Assembly: GCA_035308165.1 (NCBI GenBank)
Contig: DATGHC010000021.1
Span: forward strand, 769 to 64,768
DNA from: Candidatus Acidiferrales bacterium
GTDB taxonomy: Bacteria; Acidobacteriota; Terriglobia; Acidiferrales; UBA7541
Direction: 5' to 3'
Length of the DNA stretch: 64,000 bases
Below the pieces are notes generated by a model. That model was not told the DNA's origin. It saw only the letters and a program-made list of their open reading frames with translations, and did no database searches. Numbering within the stretch: position 1 is the stretch's first letter; every line of letters begins with the position of its first letter. Made by a program: the position numbers and the translations under genes. Positions 41,453-52,018 of the stretch are shown piece by piece.

Positions 41453-41528
41453 TGGCTGGGGCGAGAGGATTCGAACCTCTACCGTCTGCATTAACAGTGC
41501 AGCGTCCTGCCGATTGGACCACGCCCCA
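41453..41528 (-). tRNA. tRNA-Asn (anticodon GTT), CCA encoded
   Basis: The complement reads TGGGGCG...CTGCA-CTGTTAA-TGCAG...GGTTCGAATCC...CGCCCCA-G-CCA. Acceptor stem of 7 bp, anticodon loop CUGUUAA, T-loop GGTTCGAATCC, total 76 nt. Confidence 0.9.
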
Positions 41529-41595
41529 ATCTTCAAGAATCCACTTTAATATATATAGGACGCAGTGTGTGAAAAGCAGTGTCCTGCCACTCCCG

Positions 41596-41934
41596 CTATT
41601 TTTCGCGCGGCGCGGGTGCGGATATGGACGGGCCCCAATCGGAGGGGCTGGGCGTCCAGTGGCGCGTGAATACGTCGGTGAGTGTGAAAGTGAGCAGCAA
41701 CCCCAGCCAGAAAAACGCCGCGACAATAACAATCTTGGTCAGCCGCGAGCTGTACTTCACATGCATGAATATCAGAATCACCAGCAGCATCTTGGTCACG
41801 GCGATGACCAGGGCTACGACTGTGTTCATCGCGCCCAAATTGATGAAGGCCACGCCCGCTGTGAGCGCCGTCAGACACAGCAGCGCCAAAAATACGGCCA
41901 CGTAGGTTTTCACCGGCACGATATGCTGCGACAT
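41596..41934 (-). CDS. cytochrome c oxidase subunit IV (small caa3-type subunit)
   Basis: 112 aa starting [21 protein letters not shown], with three hydrophobic helices. The ATG overlaps the subunit III stop (TGATG). The 212-aa track ORF is an upstream extension running through subunit III. Confidence 0.75.
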   Translation of the reverse strand: MSQHIVPVKTYVAVFLALLCLTALTAGVAFINLGAMNTVVALVIAVTKMLLVILIFMHVKYSSRLTKIVIVAAFFWLGLLLTFTLTDVFTRHWTPSPSDWGPSISAPAPREK

Positions 41935-42641
41935 CAGTACCGCCCTCCGATCAAGTAAAGCAACGGGAACAGGAAAATCCAAACGATATCCACGAAGTGC
42001 CAGTAAAGCCCGCTGATTTCGATGGGCGCGTAGTAATCGGCGGAAAACCGGCCGCGCCTGGCTTGGATTACGAGCACGGTCATGATTCCCAGGCCAATAA
42101 TCATGTGCAGAGCGTGCAGCGCGGTCATGAAGAAATAAAAACAGAAAAACAGCTGGAGGTTGGGAAGCGTCACTCCAGCCGGGAGGGCCTCCGTGGGAGC
42201 GAAGCGCAGACCGGGCACCAGAAAGTCGTCCCACTTGTGGACGTATTCATGGGCTTTGATTCCGAGAAACGTCGCGCCGAACACCATGGTGAGCAGCAGG
42301 AAGGCGATCAACGCTTTCCGCTTGCCCGTCTGCGCGGAATGGACAGCGAGCGCCATGGTGAGACTGCTGGCGATCAAAACTGCCGTGTTCGTGGTGCCCA
42401 GCCTGATGTCCAGCAGGCGGCTGCCGAATTCAAACGCCGGAAGGTAGAGCCCGCGATAAATCGCATACGCAGCGAATAGCCCGCCGAAAAACATGATCTC
42501 GGTGACTAGAAAAATCCACATGCCCAGGGTCCCAGCTTCATGCTGCTGGTCGGCATCCACAAATTGATGCGCAACGTGTTGCGCAGCATGCTGCGACGAC
42601 CCTTGTCCGTGCGTGACTGCGGTAACTTCAGCCACCGGCAT
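41934..42641 (-). CDS. cytochrome c oxidase subunit III
   Basis: [18 protein letters not shown] and [21 protein letters not shown] 42641 gives a 14-nt overlap with subunit I. The track start at 42680 is also possible. Confidence 0.9.
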   Translation of the reverse strand: MPVAEVTAVTHGQGSSQHAAQHVAHQFVDADQQHEAGTLGMWIFLVTEIMFFGGLFAAYAIYRGLYLPAFEFGSRLLDIRLGTTNTAVLIASSLTMALAVHSAQTGKRKALIAFLLLTMVFGATFLGIKAHEYVHKWDDFLVPGLRFAPTEALPAGVTLPNLQLFFCFYFFMTALHALHMIIGLGIMTVLVIQARRGRFSADYYAPIEISGLYWHFVDIVWIFLFPLLYLIGGRY

Positions 42642-44280
42642 TCCCTCCGGCAACCGCGGCGGGCGGGGCCATCTGGGCATAGGCGTAGGCTTCCTCGGTG
42701 ACTACCGGCGTCTCCTCAAAATTCTCCGTCGGCGGCGGTGAAGGGGTTTGCCACTCCAGCCCCGTCGCGCGCCAGGGATTCGGCCCCGCAATTGGTCCGT
42801 AGCGCATCGAATAAATGAAATACACCAGCGGAATCAGGTAGCCGATGCCCAGGATCGAAGCTCCAGCCGAAGACATCACGTTGAGCACCTGAAACTCTGC
42901 CGGATAAGTTGCATACCGCCGCGGCATTCCCAAATAGCCGAGCATGAATTGCGGGAAGAAGGTGAGGTTAAACCCCACGAAAATCAGCAGCGCCGCGAAT
43001 CGCGCCCAGGCGTCGCTATACATCCTTCCCGTGATTTTCGGCCACCAGAAATGAAGTCCGCCCATGTAGGCCATCACTGTGCCGCCAACCATGATGTAGT
43101 GAAAATGCGCGACGATAAAATAAGTCCCGTTTAAATGAACGTCCGTCGCCAAAGACGCCAGGAAAAGTCCGGTCAGCCCGCCCATGGTGAAAAGCCCGAT
43201 GAATCCCAGTGCGTAGAGCATCGGCGCTTGATACGAGATGGAGCCTTTGTAAAGCGTCGCCGTCCAATTAAAAACCTTTATGGCCGAAGGAATCGCCACC
43301 AGAAAACTCAGCAGCGAGAAAATCAGACCTGCGTAAATCGACTGGCCGGTGACGAACATATGATGGCCCCACACCAGGAAACTGATCACGGCGATGGCCA
43401 GGCTCGAGAAGGCGACGAAGCTGTATCCGAAAATACGCTTGCGCGAAAAACAGGCGATCAGCTCGCTGACCACTCCCATTCCGGGGAGAACCATGATGTA
43501 CACGGCGGGGTGCGAATAAAACCAGAACAGGTGCTGGAAGAGCAGCGGATCGCCGCCAAGCTTCGGATCAAAGATGCCTACGTGGAGCAACCGCTCAAGC
43601 GCCACCAACACAATCGTGATGGCCACCACGGGTGTGCCCAGGACCATGATGATGCTGGTGGCATAGATGGCCCACAAGAAAAGCGGCATGCGGAACCAGG
43701 TGAGCCCCGGTGCGCGCATCTTGTGAATCGTCACGATGAAATTCAAGCCGGTCAGAATGGAACTGAATCCGGAGACGAACACCCCCAGCGCGGCCGCAAT
43801 CACGTGCGAGTTCGCGTACGTGCTGCTGTAGGGCGTGTAAAAGGTCCAGCCTGTATCCACGCCGCCGGCAAGGATAGCGTAAAGGGTGAAGAGCGCTCCA
43901 ACGACATAGATGTACCAGCTCAACAGATTTATCCGCGGGAATGCCAGGTCCTTTGCGCCAACCATCATGGGCACCAGGAAATTCCCCAGCACCGCGGGAA
44001 TTGAAGGGATCATGAAAAAGAAAACCATAACGATGCCGTGGATGCTGAAAAGCTTGTTGTAAGTTTCAGGCTGGACAAGGGCGCCGCCGGGAGTGATCAG
44101 ATGCATGCGCATCAATGTGGCTGCCGCGCCACCGATGAAAAACATGAAGGTGATGGAGACCAGATAGAGCAACGCGATGCGCTTGTGATCCGTGGTGAGC
44201 AGCCACGACCGGATCCCGTATTTCGCATTCAAATAATTTACGGGCGTGGCCACGGGCACTTCCGCTACGGCGGTGCTCAT
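42628..44280 (-). CDS. ctaD: cytochrome c oxidase subunit I
   Basis: 550 aa. [34 protein letters not shown]. Confidence 0.97.
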   Translation of the reverse strand: MSTAVAEVPVATPVNYLNAKYGIRSWLLTTDHKRIALLYLVSITFMFFIGGAAATLMRMHLITPGGALVQPETYNKLFSIHGIVMVFFFMIPSIPAVLGNFLVPMMVGAKDLAFPRINLLSWYIYVVGALFTLYAILAGGVDTGWTFYTPYSSTYANSHVIAAALGVFVSGFSSILTGLNFIVTIHKMRAPGLTWFRMPLFLWAIYATSIIMVLGTPVVAITIVLVALERLLHVGIFDPKLGGDPLLFQHLFWFYSHPAVYIMVLPGMGVVSELIACFSRKRIFGYSFVAFSSLAIAVISFLVWGHHMFVTGQSIYAGLIFSLLSFLVAIPSAIKVFNWTATLYKGSISYQAPMLYALGFIGLFTMGGLTGLFLASLATDVHLNGTYFIVAHFHYIMVGGTVMAYMGGLHFWWPKITGRMYSDAWARFAALLIFVGFNLTFFPQFMLGYLGMPRRYATYPAEFQVLNVMSSAGASILGIGYLIPLVYFIYSMRYGPIAGPNPWRATGLEWQTPSPPPTENFEETPVVTEEAYAYAQMAPPAAVAGGNAGG

Positions 44281-45263
44281 TGCGCTTTCCTTTCCTGTGC
44301 GCCCAAGGACTTCACATAGGCCATCAACTGCAAGATTTGCTCCTCATTTAATTGCCCCTGAAAGGTGGGCATCACCGGAGCGAACTCCGCAAGGGGCATG
44401 GAATTTGGATTGGTGATGGCCTGCCGGATGAAAGATTCGTCCACCAAAAGCGTGCGGCCATCCTTCAGCGGTTGTTGAGTGCCGAATTTGCCGGTCAGCG
44501 ATGGCCCTTTCCCGCTGTTGTCATTCTTGTGGCAGGTGTTGCATCCGTATTGCGCAAAGAGCCGCTCGCCCGCCTGGGCCATGGACTCGCCCTTGGAGCC
44601 GCCCGCAATCCAGATGGCGTAGTCCGCCGGAGTCATTACGTAAACCCAGCCAATCATTCCGGAATGCTGTGCGCCGCAATACTGGGCGCAGAAAAAGTGG
44701 AATTTGCCCGTTTCCGTGGCCTGAAACCAGATACTCGTATACCGCCCTGGCAAAACATCCTTTTTCACGCGGAAGGCCGGAACGTAAAAATCGTGGATGA
44801 CGTCTTCGGAGGTCATAGTGAGCTTCACCGGCACGCCGATGGGAACATGCAGCTCATTGATCTCCCGCGGACCCTCGGGATGCTGGAGATGCCACATCCA
44901 CTGTTTCCCGACCACGAAAATCTCCATGGAGGCGTTGGGCGGGCGTGAATTCGCAAAATACAAACTTGAACTCCACACAAAGATGATTGCGCATAGTCCC
45001 GTGGGAACCAGGGTCCAGGTCAATTCGAGTGAGAGGTGCGTTTTCGTTTCAGCGGGCTGCTCGTTTTCGGAACGCCGGCGGTACTTGATTGCAAAATAAA
45101 GAATCGCCGAAAAAATGATGAAGGTAAAAAAGAGTGTGATGCCGGTAAGAAAAAAATGGAGCTTGTCCACACCTTCGGCGATGGTCGAGCCGGGCTCGGG
45201 GCGGATGGGAATCCCCAGCCAGGTCTGCATGGCCAACACGGAAATTATGCCTATGTTGAACAT
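44277..45263 (-). CDS. cytochrome c oxidase subunit II with fused C-terminal cytochrome c (caa3 type)
   Basis: CuA site HDFYVP...[13 protein letters not shown]-terminal heme c site CNTCH. Confidence 0.95.
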   Translation of the reverse strand: MFNIGIISVLAMQTWLGIPIRPEPGSTIAEGVDKLHFFLTGITLFFTFIIFSAILYFAIKYRRRSENEQPAETKTHLSLELTWTLVPTGLCAIIFVWSSSLYFANSRPPNASMEIFVVGKQWMWHLQHPEGPREINELHVPIGVPVKLTMTSEDVIHDFYVPAFRVKKDVLPGRYTSIWFQATETGKFHFFCAQYCGAQHSGMIGWVYVMTPADYAIWIAGGSKGESMAQAGERLFAQYGCNTCHKNDNSGKGPSLTGKFGTQQPLKDGRTLLVDESFIRQAITNPNSMPLAEFAPVMPTFQGQLNEEQILQLMAYVKSLGAQERKAQ

Positions 45264-45304
45264 CTTTCCTTTCAGCTGACGCGCAACTTTCGTTCAGCTT
45301 TGAA

Positions 45305-46177
45305 TCAAAGCGCCCGGCGATGCGCGCTGGCCGGCGCCACGGAATATTTCTCGCGCCGCAAGAAGAACATAATGGTCAGCGCGATCAGCAAAACCGTGAG
45401 CACACCGGCCGCGCGGACGAAATTCGTTATGAACACGCTGTATTTCCCCGTTTGAGGGTCGTAGTGGAAGCAGAACAACAAAATCGCATCCACGGCCGAG
45501 CCAATTCGGCCTTCGCTGGCCTCCACCAATCCCAGCCGGACATCGCGCGGCGAGTAAGAAATTCCGTAGAAGTATCGCGAGACGCGTCCCTCCGGCGTGA
45601 GCACCATGATTCCGCTGGCGTGCGCAAATTGGGAGGAGTCCTTGTCATACACAAAACGGAATCCCACTGCGGCGGCCAGCTCGCGAATTTGCGGCTCGTC
45701 GCCGGTCAAAAAATGCCAGCCGTGCACAGCGCCCGGCCGGCCATAGAGGCCCGTGTACATAATCTGTTTGGCCTCGGCCAGCATCGGCTTTTCACTCGGA
45801 TCAATGCTCACCGTGATTACGTTGAAATCCTTTCCAATTTCCAGCGGCACTTCTTTCAGAGAATTCAGCGTCGCGTTCAGCACTTCGGTGCAAAGCATCG
45901 GGCACTTGTAATAAACCAGCGTCAGGATGGCGGGCTTGTTCTGCAAAAGTTGGCGGAAGGTGACGCTGCCGCCATGTTCGTCACGAAAATTAATGTCCAG
46001 CGGAACCTGGGAATTCAGTTTCTGGTCCAGCCCGACATTTTTTAGGACTTCGGGCTTGCCGCCGGGATTCTGCACGAAAAGATCCTGCGCCCGAAGCATT
46101 CCCGCGCTGAATACGATGCCGGCGAGCAATGCACAAAAAACTGCACATCTCATTTTTATCTGCACGCTTGGTCTCAT
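45305..46177 (-). CDS. SCO1/SenC-family copper chaperone
   Basis: 290 aa. Thioredoxin-like YYKCPMLC (CxxxC), a conserved His in FAHASGIM, and a C-terminal TM helix. Confidence 0.88.
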   Translation of the reverse strand: MRPSVQIKMRCAVFCALLAGIVFSAGMLRAQDLFVQNPGGKPEVLKNVGLDQKLNSQVPLDINFRDEHGGSVTFRQLLQNKPAILTLVYYKCPMLCTEVLNATLNSLKEVPLEIGKDFNVITVSIDPSEKPMLAEAKQIMYTGLYGRPGAVHGWHFLTGDEPQIRELAAAVGFRFVYDKDSSQFAHASGIMVLTPEGRVSRYFYGISYSPRDVRLGLVEASEGRIGSAVDAILLFCFHYDPQTGKYSVFITNFVRAAGVLTVLLIALTIMFFLRREKYSVAPASAHRRAL

Positions 46178-46611
46178 TTCGTGGATTCCTTGGTCGCGTC
46201 TCCTGCGCCTGCCGCAGGAGGCGCCGCCGGTCGCGTTGGCAACTTGCGTTCGACAATCAAATCCATCGCGCGCTCAATTGGAATGCGAACTTTTCCATTG
46301 GCTCGATCCACCCATCCATAGGAATGCAGCAACTCTTCCTGGCTTTGGCGCACCTGGTTGAGATCCACGGTCGGCTGCACCTGCAGCCGTGGCTCGGGCG
46401 GCAGCGTCCGCGAATTGCTGAATGGGGAAGCCGCCGGGCCAAGTGGTTGTGTGGTTGAAAAATATCCGAATAGCCAGCGCATGCTGACGAATGAAAAAAC
46501 CAGCACCAAAAAAAGTGCGATTCCAAAATAAATTATCCCGCGCGCGCTGACGTCACGCGTTTCGTATCCGGGTGTGGCAATCAATGGTTTAGGATCAGTG
46601 TCCTTCTGCAT
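46174..46611 (-). CDS. single-TM protein between actF and sco (possible ActG-like accessory subunit)
   Basis: The internal ATG at 46611 gives MQKDTDPKPL...GIIYFGIALFLVLVFSFVSM (one TM helix). It overlaps the actF 3' end by 17 nt and the sco start by ATGA. No recognisable motif. Confidence 0.55.
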   Translation of the reverse strand: MQKDTDPKPLIATPGYETRDVSARGIIYFGIALFLVLVFSFVSMRWLFGYFSTTQPLGPAASPFSNSRTLPPEPRLQVQPTVDLNQVRQSQEELLHSYGWVDRANGKVRIPIERAMDLIVERKLPTRPAAPPAAGAGDATKESTK

Positions 46612-47809
46612 GTTCCACCAAAAACTCCGCCAGCCCCGGATCCGCCATCGGCAACAGCGGCCGAGCCTGAAGCTGGCTGAAAAACGCCCAGATCCACAAT
46701 CCGCCAAGCCCGGTGACAAGGGTAAGATTCGTCCAGTGCACACGCGGCCCAGCAACATCAAATGCCGGTGCAACCAGCCAGAAAACATCCACCAGCGTCA
46801 AGGCTACAAGCAATCCCGCAACCCAGGAAAGCGCGCCGGGGACTCGCTTAACATCGCGCGACAGCAGCAAAAAGAACGGAACCGCGAAATGCAAAATAAT
46901 TAAAATGACCGCAAGCGCCGCCCAACTTCCCCGCGCGCGGCTCATGTACCAGCTGGTTTCTTCCGGCATGTTGCCCGACCAGATGATCAGGAACTGCGAA
47001 AACGACAGGTAGGCCCAGAGCATCACGAAAGTCAGCAACAGGTTGCCCAAGTCGTTGAAGCGCTGCTTGGTGGCGATTCGCGCCAGCGGCTCGCGGTCCG
47101 CCAGCCTTCGCGTCACCAGAACCACAAACGCCATCGCCGACAGCGCTTGCACCACCATGATCAGCATTCCGTAAATGCTTGAAAACCAGGTCGGCTCAAG
47201 CGACATGACCCAATCTATCGAAGAGAATGTGACCATCATTCCCCACAGGATAAGCCCCGGCCCACTCAACCCTTCCAAACGTTTGGCGCTTGCAGCCGCC
47301 TGCACGCCGGTTTGCGCGGCATCACCATCTTGTTCAGACGACCATCGATTGAGCAGCAGCGCCAACCCGACCCACACGACGAAATAAATCATGCTGCGGG
47401 TAAGAAAAAATGGCGTGTTCAAATAGAAATGTTTCTGCACATAAGCAGGATCCGCCGCTGCATCCGGCCTCGCCCAGCCATACAGGTAAGTCATCCCAAA
47501 AATCAGCGGCAGATAAAGGATGGCCATCAGCCACAGAGTTCGCGTCCCGGATTCCAGTGCTCGGCGAATCAAATATCCCCAGCCGCCTCCAGTAAGGTGA
47601 TGCATCATCAATAGGGCCAGGCAACCCAGTGGAATTCCCATCCAAAAAACAAATGCCACCAAGTAGGATCGGAAAAATTGTTGCGGGTTGCTGAAAAGCC
47701 CGGGAATGGAAACCACCATTCCCATTATTCCGGCGAACAGCGTCCCCCGGCGCAACTTTTCAAATTGCGGCAGCCGACTCGCGCCCGAGTTTACGGTTGT
47801 CGCGCTCAC
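46595..47809 (-). CDS. actF: alternative complex III subunit ActF (polytopic membrane protein)
   Basis: 404 aa and highly hydrophobic. It follows actE with a GTGA overlap. Confidence 0.8.
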   Translation of the reverse strand: MSATTVNSGASRLPQFEKLRRGTLFAGIMGMVVSIPGLFSNPQQFFRSYLVAFVFWMGIPLGCLALLMMHHLTGGGWGYLIRRALESGTRTLWLMAILYLPLIFGMTYLYGWARPDAAADPAYVQKHFYLNTPFFLTRSMIYFVVWVGLALLLNRWSSEQDGDAAQTGVQAAASAKRLEGLSGPGLILWGMMVTFSSIDWVMSLEPTWFSSIYGMLIMVVQALSAMAFVVLVTRRLADREPLARIATKQRFNDLGNLLLTFVMLWAYLSFSQFLIIWSGNMPEETSWYMSRARGSWAALAVILIILHFAVPFFLLLSRDVKRVPGALSWVAGLLVALTLVDVFWLVAPAFDVAGPRVHWTNLTLVTGLGGLWIWAFFSQLQARPLLPMADPGLAEFLVEHAEGH

Positions 47810-48414
47810 TGGGGCGTCTCCGTCTGAAGTTTCTTCTGCTCCGCGGGCGGCAAATCCGCGACGGTGGCCTGCTGGCTCAGTTGCAACGCGCGGATATACG
47901 CCGCGATCCGCCAGCGATCTTCCGGACTCACGCGCGATGAGTAGCTGTACATGACTCCCAGCCCGTTGGTCATCACGTCAAAAAAATGTCCCGGAGGCGC
48001 CTGTCGCAAACGGTCAATGTGGAACGATGGCGGCTGCGGAAATCCGCGCAGCACGATCATGCCGCGGCCGCTTCCGGTAACGTCGTGGCAGGGCGAACAA
48101 TAGATATTGAAACGCTCGCGTCCGCGCTCGAGGTCTGCGCGTGTGATCGTGAATGGAAAAAGTTCGGCGTCTTTGCCATCCACTTTGCCGGTGTAAAGCA
48201 ACGTATCCAGATGCAGCTGCCCGCGCGCGATTGTCCCCGGAACCGGTAGCCTCGCCGACCGCCCATCATCGAACGCCGTGGCCGCGTCGTACGGGTTGTA
48301 GCGCGGCTGCACATGCATGTCCTGGCGGCAGCCCACCGCGAGCAGAACGAACGTAGCCGCAGCCAGCAATACCTTCGGATCGGCAATCCACCGGCGATGC
48401 GAATCAGGCTTCAA
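47806..48414 (-). CDS. actE: alternative complex III subunit ActE (monoheme cytochrome c lipoprotein)
   Basis: Lipobox LLAVGC and a single CSPCH heme site. TTG start. Confidence 0.8.
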   Translation of the reverse strand: MKPDSHRRWIADPKVLLAAATFVLLAVGCRQDMHVQPRYNPYDAATAFDDGRSARLPVPGTIARGQLHLDTLLYTGKVDGKDAELFPFTITRADLERGRERFNIYCSPCHDVTGSGRGMIVLRGFPQPPSFHIDRLRQAPPGHFFDVMTNGLGVMYSYSSRVSPEDRWRIAAYIRALQLSQQATVADLPPAEQKKLQTETPQ

Positions 48415-48940
48415 CTTCGGAAACCTCCCTCGCCCGCAGGCTGGTCAAGAACTGTTTCGTCTTGGCCGCATCGAACTGCCGGTCGCGCGCCTTGATCAGA
48501 AGGAAAAATCTGTCGCGCGTCGCCAGGGCAAACCGCTCCGCATTGAACACGGGATGATAAGGAGCCGGCAGCCCGTTCATGGCCAACATTCCAAAAACGC
48601 AAAATATGGAGGCGCCAAGAATCGTCAGCTCAAATGTAATAGGGATGAACGCAGGCCATGAATTGTACGGTTTCCCCGCAACATTCAAGGGATAACTGAA
48701 AACATTGGCGTAATACTGCATGAGAAATCCCGCCAGGCCGCCAAGAATTCCGCCAATCAGCACCACCAGCGGCAAGTTGGTGTGATGGAATCCCACTGCT
48801 TCCGCCAATCCTTCCACTGGCATCGGTGTGAACGCGTCAATCCGCTTGTATCCGGCGGCGCTGGTTTTGCGCGCGGCGTCTAAAAGCGCTTCCGGCGATT
48901 CAAATTCCGCCATCAGTCCGTAAAGTGGGTGGCGTCTCAT
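48404..48940 (-). CDS. actD: alternative complex III subunit ActD (DUF3341-like)
   Basis: 178 aa. LYGLMAEFESPEALLDAARK N-terminus and two TM helices. ATGA overlap with actB. Confidence 0.8.
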   Translation of the reverse strand: MRRHPLYGLMAEFESPEALLDAARKTSAAGYKRIDAFTPMPVEGLAEAVGFHHTNLPLVVLIGGILGGLAGFLMQYYANVFSYPLNVAGKPYNSWPAFIPITFELTILGASIFCVFGMLAMNGLPAPYHPVFNAERFALATRDRFFLLIKARDRQFDAAKTKQFLTSLRAREVSEVEA

Positions 48941-51900
48941 ACTTTTCCAAAGCTCGGCATTTCGGGATTCGGATTGCGCAGCCGCGCCTGGTAACTTGTC
49001 CTCGGACGCGTATTCAGCTCGGCCAGCAGCGTGTAATCGCGCGGACCGGCCTTTAGCTTTGCCACACGGCTGTTCTTGTCATTGATGTTCCCGAACACAA
49101 TTGCCTGCGCCGGGCATACCGCTTCACACGCAGTCACGATTTCGCCGTCCCGCACGCTGCGATCCTGCTTTTCCGTTTCGATTTTCGCCGCCTGAATCCG
49201 CTGTACGCAATAAGTGCACTTCTCCATCACGCCGCGGCTCCGCACGGTCACGTTCGGATTCCGCAGCGCCTTCATCGAATCCGTGGTGTAATCGGAGAAA
49301 AGTCCAAAATTGAATCGCCGGACTTTGTAGGGGCAATTGTTGGAGCAGTACCGCGTGCCCACGCAGCGGTTGTATACCATCTCATTCAATCCCTCGGGAC
49401 TGTGAACCGTAGCGCCGACGGGACAGACGCCTTCGCACGGCGCGTTTTCGCACTGCATGCACGGCACTGGCTCAAAATAAGTTTCCGGCCGGTCGATGTC
49501 TCCACGGAAATAAGTGTCCACGCGCAGCCAGTGCATTTCGCGCCCGCGGATCACTTCCTCCTTGCCCACCACAGGAATATTGTTTTCCGCCTGGCAAGCC
49601 ACCACGCACGCGCCGCAGCCCACGCACTTGTTCAAATCAATCGCCATCCCCCAGGCATAGCCGTTGTATTCAAATCCCGGATAGAGAGACAGCTCTTTCG
49701 GCGGAGTTGGCTCCGCCATTTCCTGCGCGAATTTCGGATTCTTCTTGAACTCGTCGAGCGTGCCGATGCGCACCAGATCGCGCGCGAAGGCGTTCTGGCT
49801 TTCCATGTCTACTTGGCCGACCGGCATGCCGTTGCCTGTCTCAATAATGTTGTGGTGCTGAGTCGCCGCGAGAGGATATGTCTTACCGGTCTTCCTAATC
49901 TCTGGGTCGAACTCCATTCGGAGCCTGGACCAGGTTTGGATCTGGTATGCGTTGAAGCCAACCCCCGTGCCGAGCCGACCGGCCCGCCGTCGGCCGTAGC
50001 CTAGATGGAGAGTTACCGAATTATTTGCGTGTCCCGGAACGATCCAAACAGGAGCTTCAATGGCCCGCTGATGAAATGCGATTTCGATGACCTCACCGTT
50101 TTTGACTCCCAAGCTCTGAGCTGTTGCAGGGCTTAATTGAGCCGAGTTGTCCCAAGTGAGTTTGGTGATTGGCTTCGGCGCCTCCTGCAACCATCCGTTG
50201 TTCGCCGACCTACCATCACCAATGGTAGGGTCAGGGCGATAAACAATTTCAATCTTCTCCGGTGGAATTGAAACCAATCCTTCGCCCGCGCCAGCATCTC
50301 CACAATCAAATGAACAAAGCGTCGCCCCTGGCTTGACTGTTCGCGGTTCGTAAGCTGTTCCAACCACTACCCCGTCGTGGAGTGATGTCTGCCAAAACTC
50401 GTCGAAATCTATTTCGCTGCGCTGTTTCTTCCAATAGTCACGAACCAAATCGTAGTCAGTTTTGTCCGATTGTCCTTGAAAGGCGGCAAGAATTCCGCGA
50501 GAGGTCTTGCCATCGTAGATTGGAGCGATGAGCGGCTGGATGAAACTCAGCGTCCCATCATAGGCTCGCGCATCACCCCACGATTCGAGGACATGCGCCG
50601 CAGGAATATGCCAATGGCACAATTCGGCGGTTTCGTCTTCATAAAGACCTAAATGGGCGCGAAATGGAATCTTGAGAATCTTTCGAGAAAAATCCAGAAA
50701 ATCAGGTGCAGAGTAAGCGGGATTTGCGCCGAAGATGAACAGTGCCTGAACGTGGCCGGCGTCCATGTCGCTCGTCAACCGCATAAGACCTTCATCTATA
50801 TCGGGCACAGCCTCTAACGGATCCGTATAAATCAACGTGTTTCCGACGCTTCCGAGAGCGGAATTAATCTCGTGGGCAATCGCGTGAACCGCGGGCGGCT
50901 GACTTTCACCGACTAACAGGACGCACTTTCCCCTGTTTTTGAGTAAGTCTCCCGCCAATGCAGAGATCCACTTATGTTGCATGCTCTTCCGGCCCTCAAA
51001 GCCTTTGGCTTGAGGAACCTGCAATTCCGCAGCAAGCGCGCTCGCGAAAGTTCCTATGTCCGCAAACCTCATCGCAAGTCGATGGTCGGCCATCGCCCCA
51101 GTCGTCGTCACCCCTTGCTCGACGACATAGAGCCTGTTCATTTTTGAAGGCGCGCCTTCGGCATTTCGGCGCGCTGCGAAATCACGTGCGTAGCGCATTG
51201 CACCCGGCCCCGAGTATAGAAAATCGGAATCGAGGGAGAGGATCACGTCGGCCTTGTCAATTCGGTAGACAGTATTCATGCGTTGGCCGAACGCCATTAA
51301 AGCGCCCTCCAACACATTCGCCCTCGAACAGGGCTCCCACTGATGCCACTGCGCTAGTGGAAACTCCTTTAGCAGCGCCTGAATCTGCGCCCCAAGCGAC
51401 GGCGACGTAATCGTCTCCGTAAGAATCCGCAGACCCGCGCCCTTGGTGGCCAGAAAATTCGTCCGCAAATCGGCCACCTGCGAAAGAAACGCAGTCCAAC
51501 TGCTGATGCGCCCCTCGTGAATCACCGATTGCGACCGGTCGGGATCGTACAAATCCAGAATCGAAGCCTGTGCAAAAATATCCGTCGCGCCCAGGCTTCC
51601 CGGATGCAGCGGATTCCCTTCAATCTTCGTCGGCCGCCCCATGTGGCTTTCAACCAGAATCCCCGTCGCCACTCCTTGCTGCACAAATGAAGTCGCGTAA
51701 AACAGCGGCTTCCCCGGAATAATTTCCTCGGGCGCCCGCACATAGGGAACAATTTTCTGGTCGGGCATTTTCGTGCAGCCCGAAAGCCCAGCGAGCGCCG
51801 CCGAGGCCGCCATCCATTTCAGAACATCGCGCCGCGGCACCCCATCCGATTCCTGCGCGGGGTCGTGCGGAAATTCATGCTCCAGAAACGCGCGATGCTC

Positions 51901-52017
51901 CGGCGTCTCCGCCAATTCTTCCAGCCCGCGCCACAATCGGTTCGCGCCGAACGCTTCTTGCTTCGCACGGATCGCTTCCAGATCCATCCGCGTATTCGAG
52001 TTGGGCTTCATGGTCAT
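48937..52017 (-). CDS. actB: alternative complex III subunit ActB (molybdopterin-oxidoreductase-like plus 4Fe-4S domains)
   Basis: 1026 aa. Tat-like RRDVLKWMAASAALAGLSGC. C-terminal ferredoxin clusters CVGCGACVVACQAENN, CMQCENAPCEGVCP, CVGTRYCSNNCP, CTYC...C. Confidence 0.92.
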   Translation of the reverse strand: MTMKPNSNTRMDLEAIRAKQEAFGANRLWRGLEELAETPEHRAFLEHEFPHDPAQESDGVPRRDVLKWMAASAALAGLSGCTKMPDQKIVPYVRAPEEIIPGKPLFYATSFVQQGVATGILVESHMGRPTKIEGNPLHPGSLGATDIFAQASILDLYDPDRSQSVIHEGRISSWTAFLSQVADLRTNFLATKGAGLRILTETITSPSLGAQIQALLKEFPLAQWHQWEPCSRANVLEGALMAFGQRMNTVYRIDKADVILSLDSDFLYSGPGAMRYARDFAARRNAEGAPSKMNRLYVVEQGVTTTGAMADHRLAMRFADIGTFASALAAELQVPQAKGFEGRKSMQHKWISALAGDLLKNRGKCVLLVGESQPPAVHAIAHEINSALGSVGNTLIYTDPLEAVPDIDEGLMRLTSDMDAGHVQALFIFGANPAYSAPDFLDFSRKILKIPFRAHLGLYEDETAELCHWHIPAAHVLESWGDARAYDGTLSFIQPLIAPIYDGKTSRGILAAFQGQSDKTDYDLVRDYWKKQRSEIDFDEFWQTSLHDGVVVGTAYEPRTVKPGATLCSFDCGDAGAGEGLVSIPPEKIEIVYRPDPTIGDGRSANNGWLQEAPKPITKLTWDNSAQLSPATAQSLGVKNGEVIEIAFHQRAIEAPVWIVPGHANNSVTLHLGYGRRRAGRLGTGVGFNAYQIQTWSRLRMEFDPEIRKTGKTYPLAATQHHNIIETGNGMPVGQVDMESQNAFARDLVRIGTLDEFKKNPKFAQEMAEPTPPKELSLYPGFEYNGYAWGMAIDLNKCVGCGACVVACQAENNIPVVGKEEVIRGREMHWLRVDTYFRGDIDRPETYFEPVPCMQCENAPCEGVCPVGATVHSPEGLNEMVYNRCVGTRYCSNNCPYKVRRFNFGLFSDYTTDSMKALRNPNVTVRSRGVMEKCTYCVQRIQAAKIETEKQDRSVRDGEIVTACEAVCPAQAIVFGNINDKNSRVAKLKAGPRDYTLLAELNTRPRTSYQARLRNPNPEMPSFGKV

Positions 52018-52018
52018 T

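Noticed and set aside
41425-41600. tRNA-Asn as a possible integration hotspot for a genomic island.
   Set aside because: No integrase, direct repeat of the tRNA 3' end or other mobile gene is found on either side. The flanking genes are housekeeping.
41596-42234. 212-aa ORF called as one protein.
   Set aside because: Its first 100 residues overlap cox subunit III in another frame and are Arg/Pro-rich. The internal ATG at 41934 yields a typical 112-aa subunit IV.
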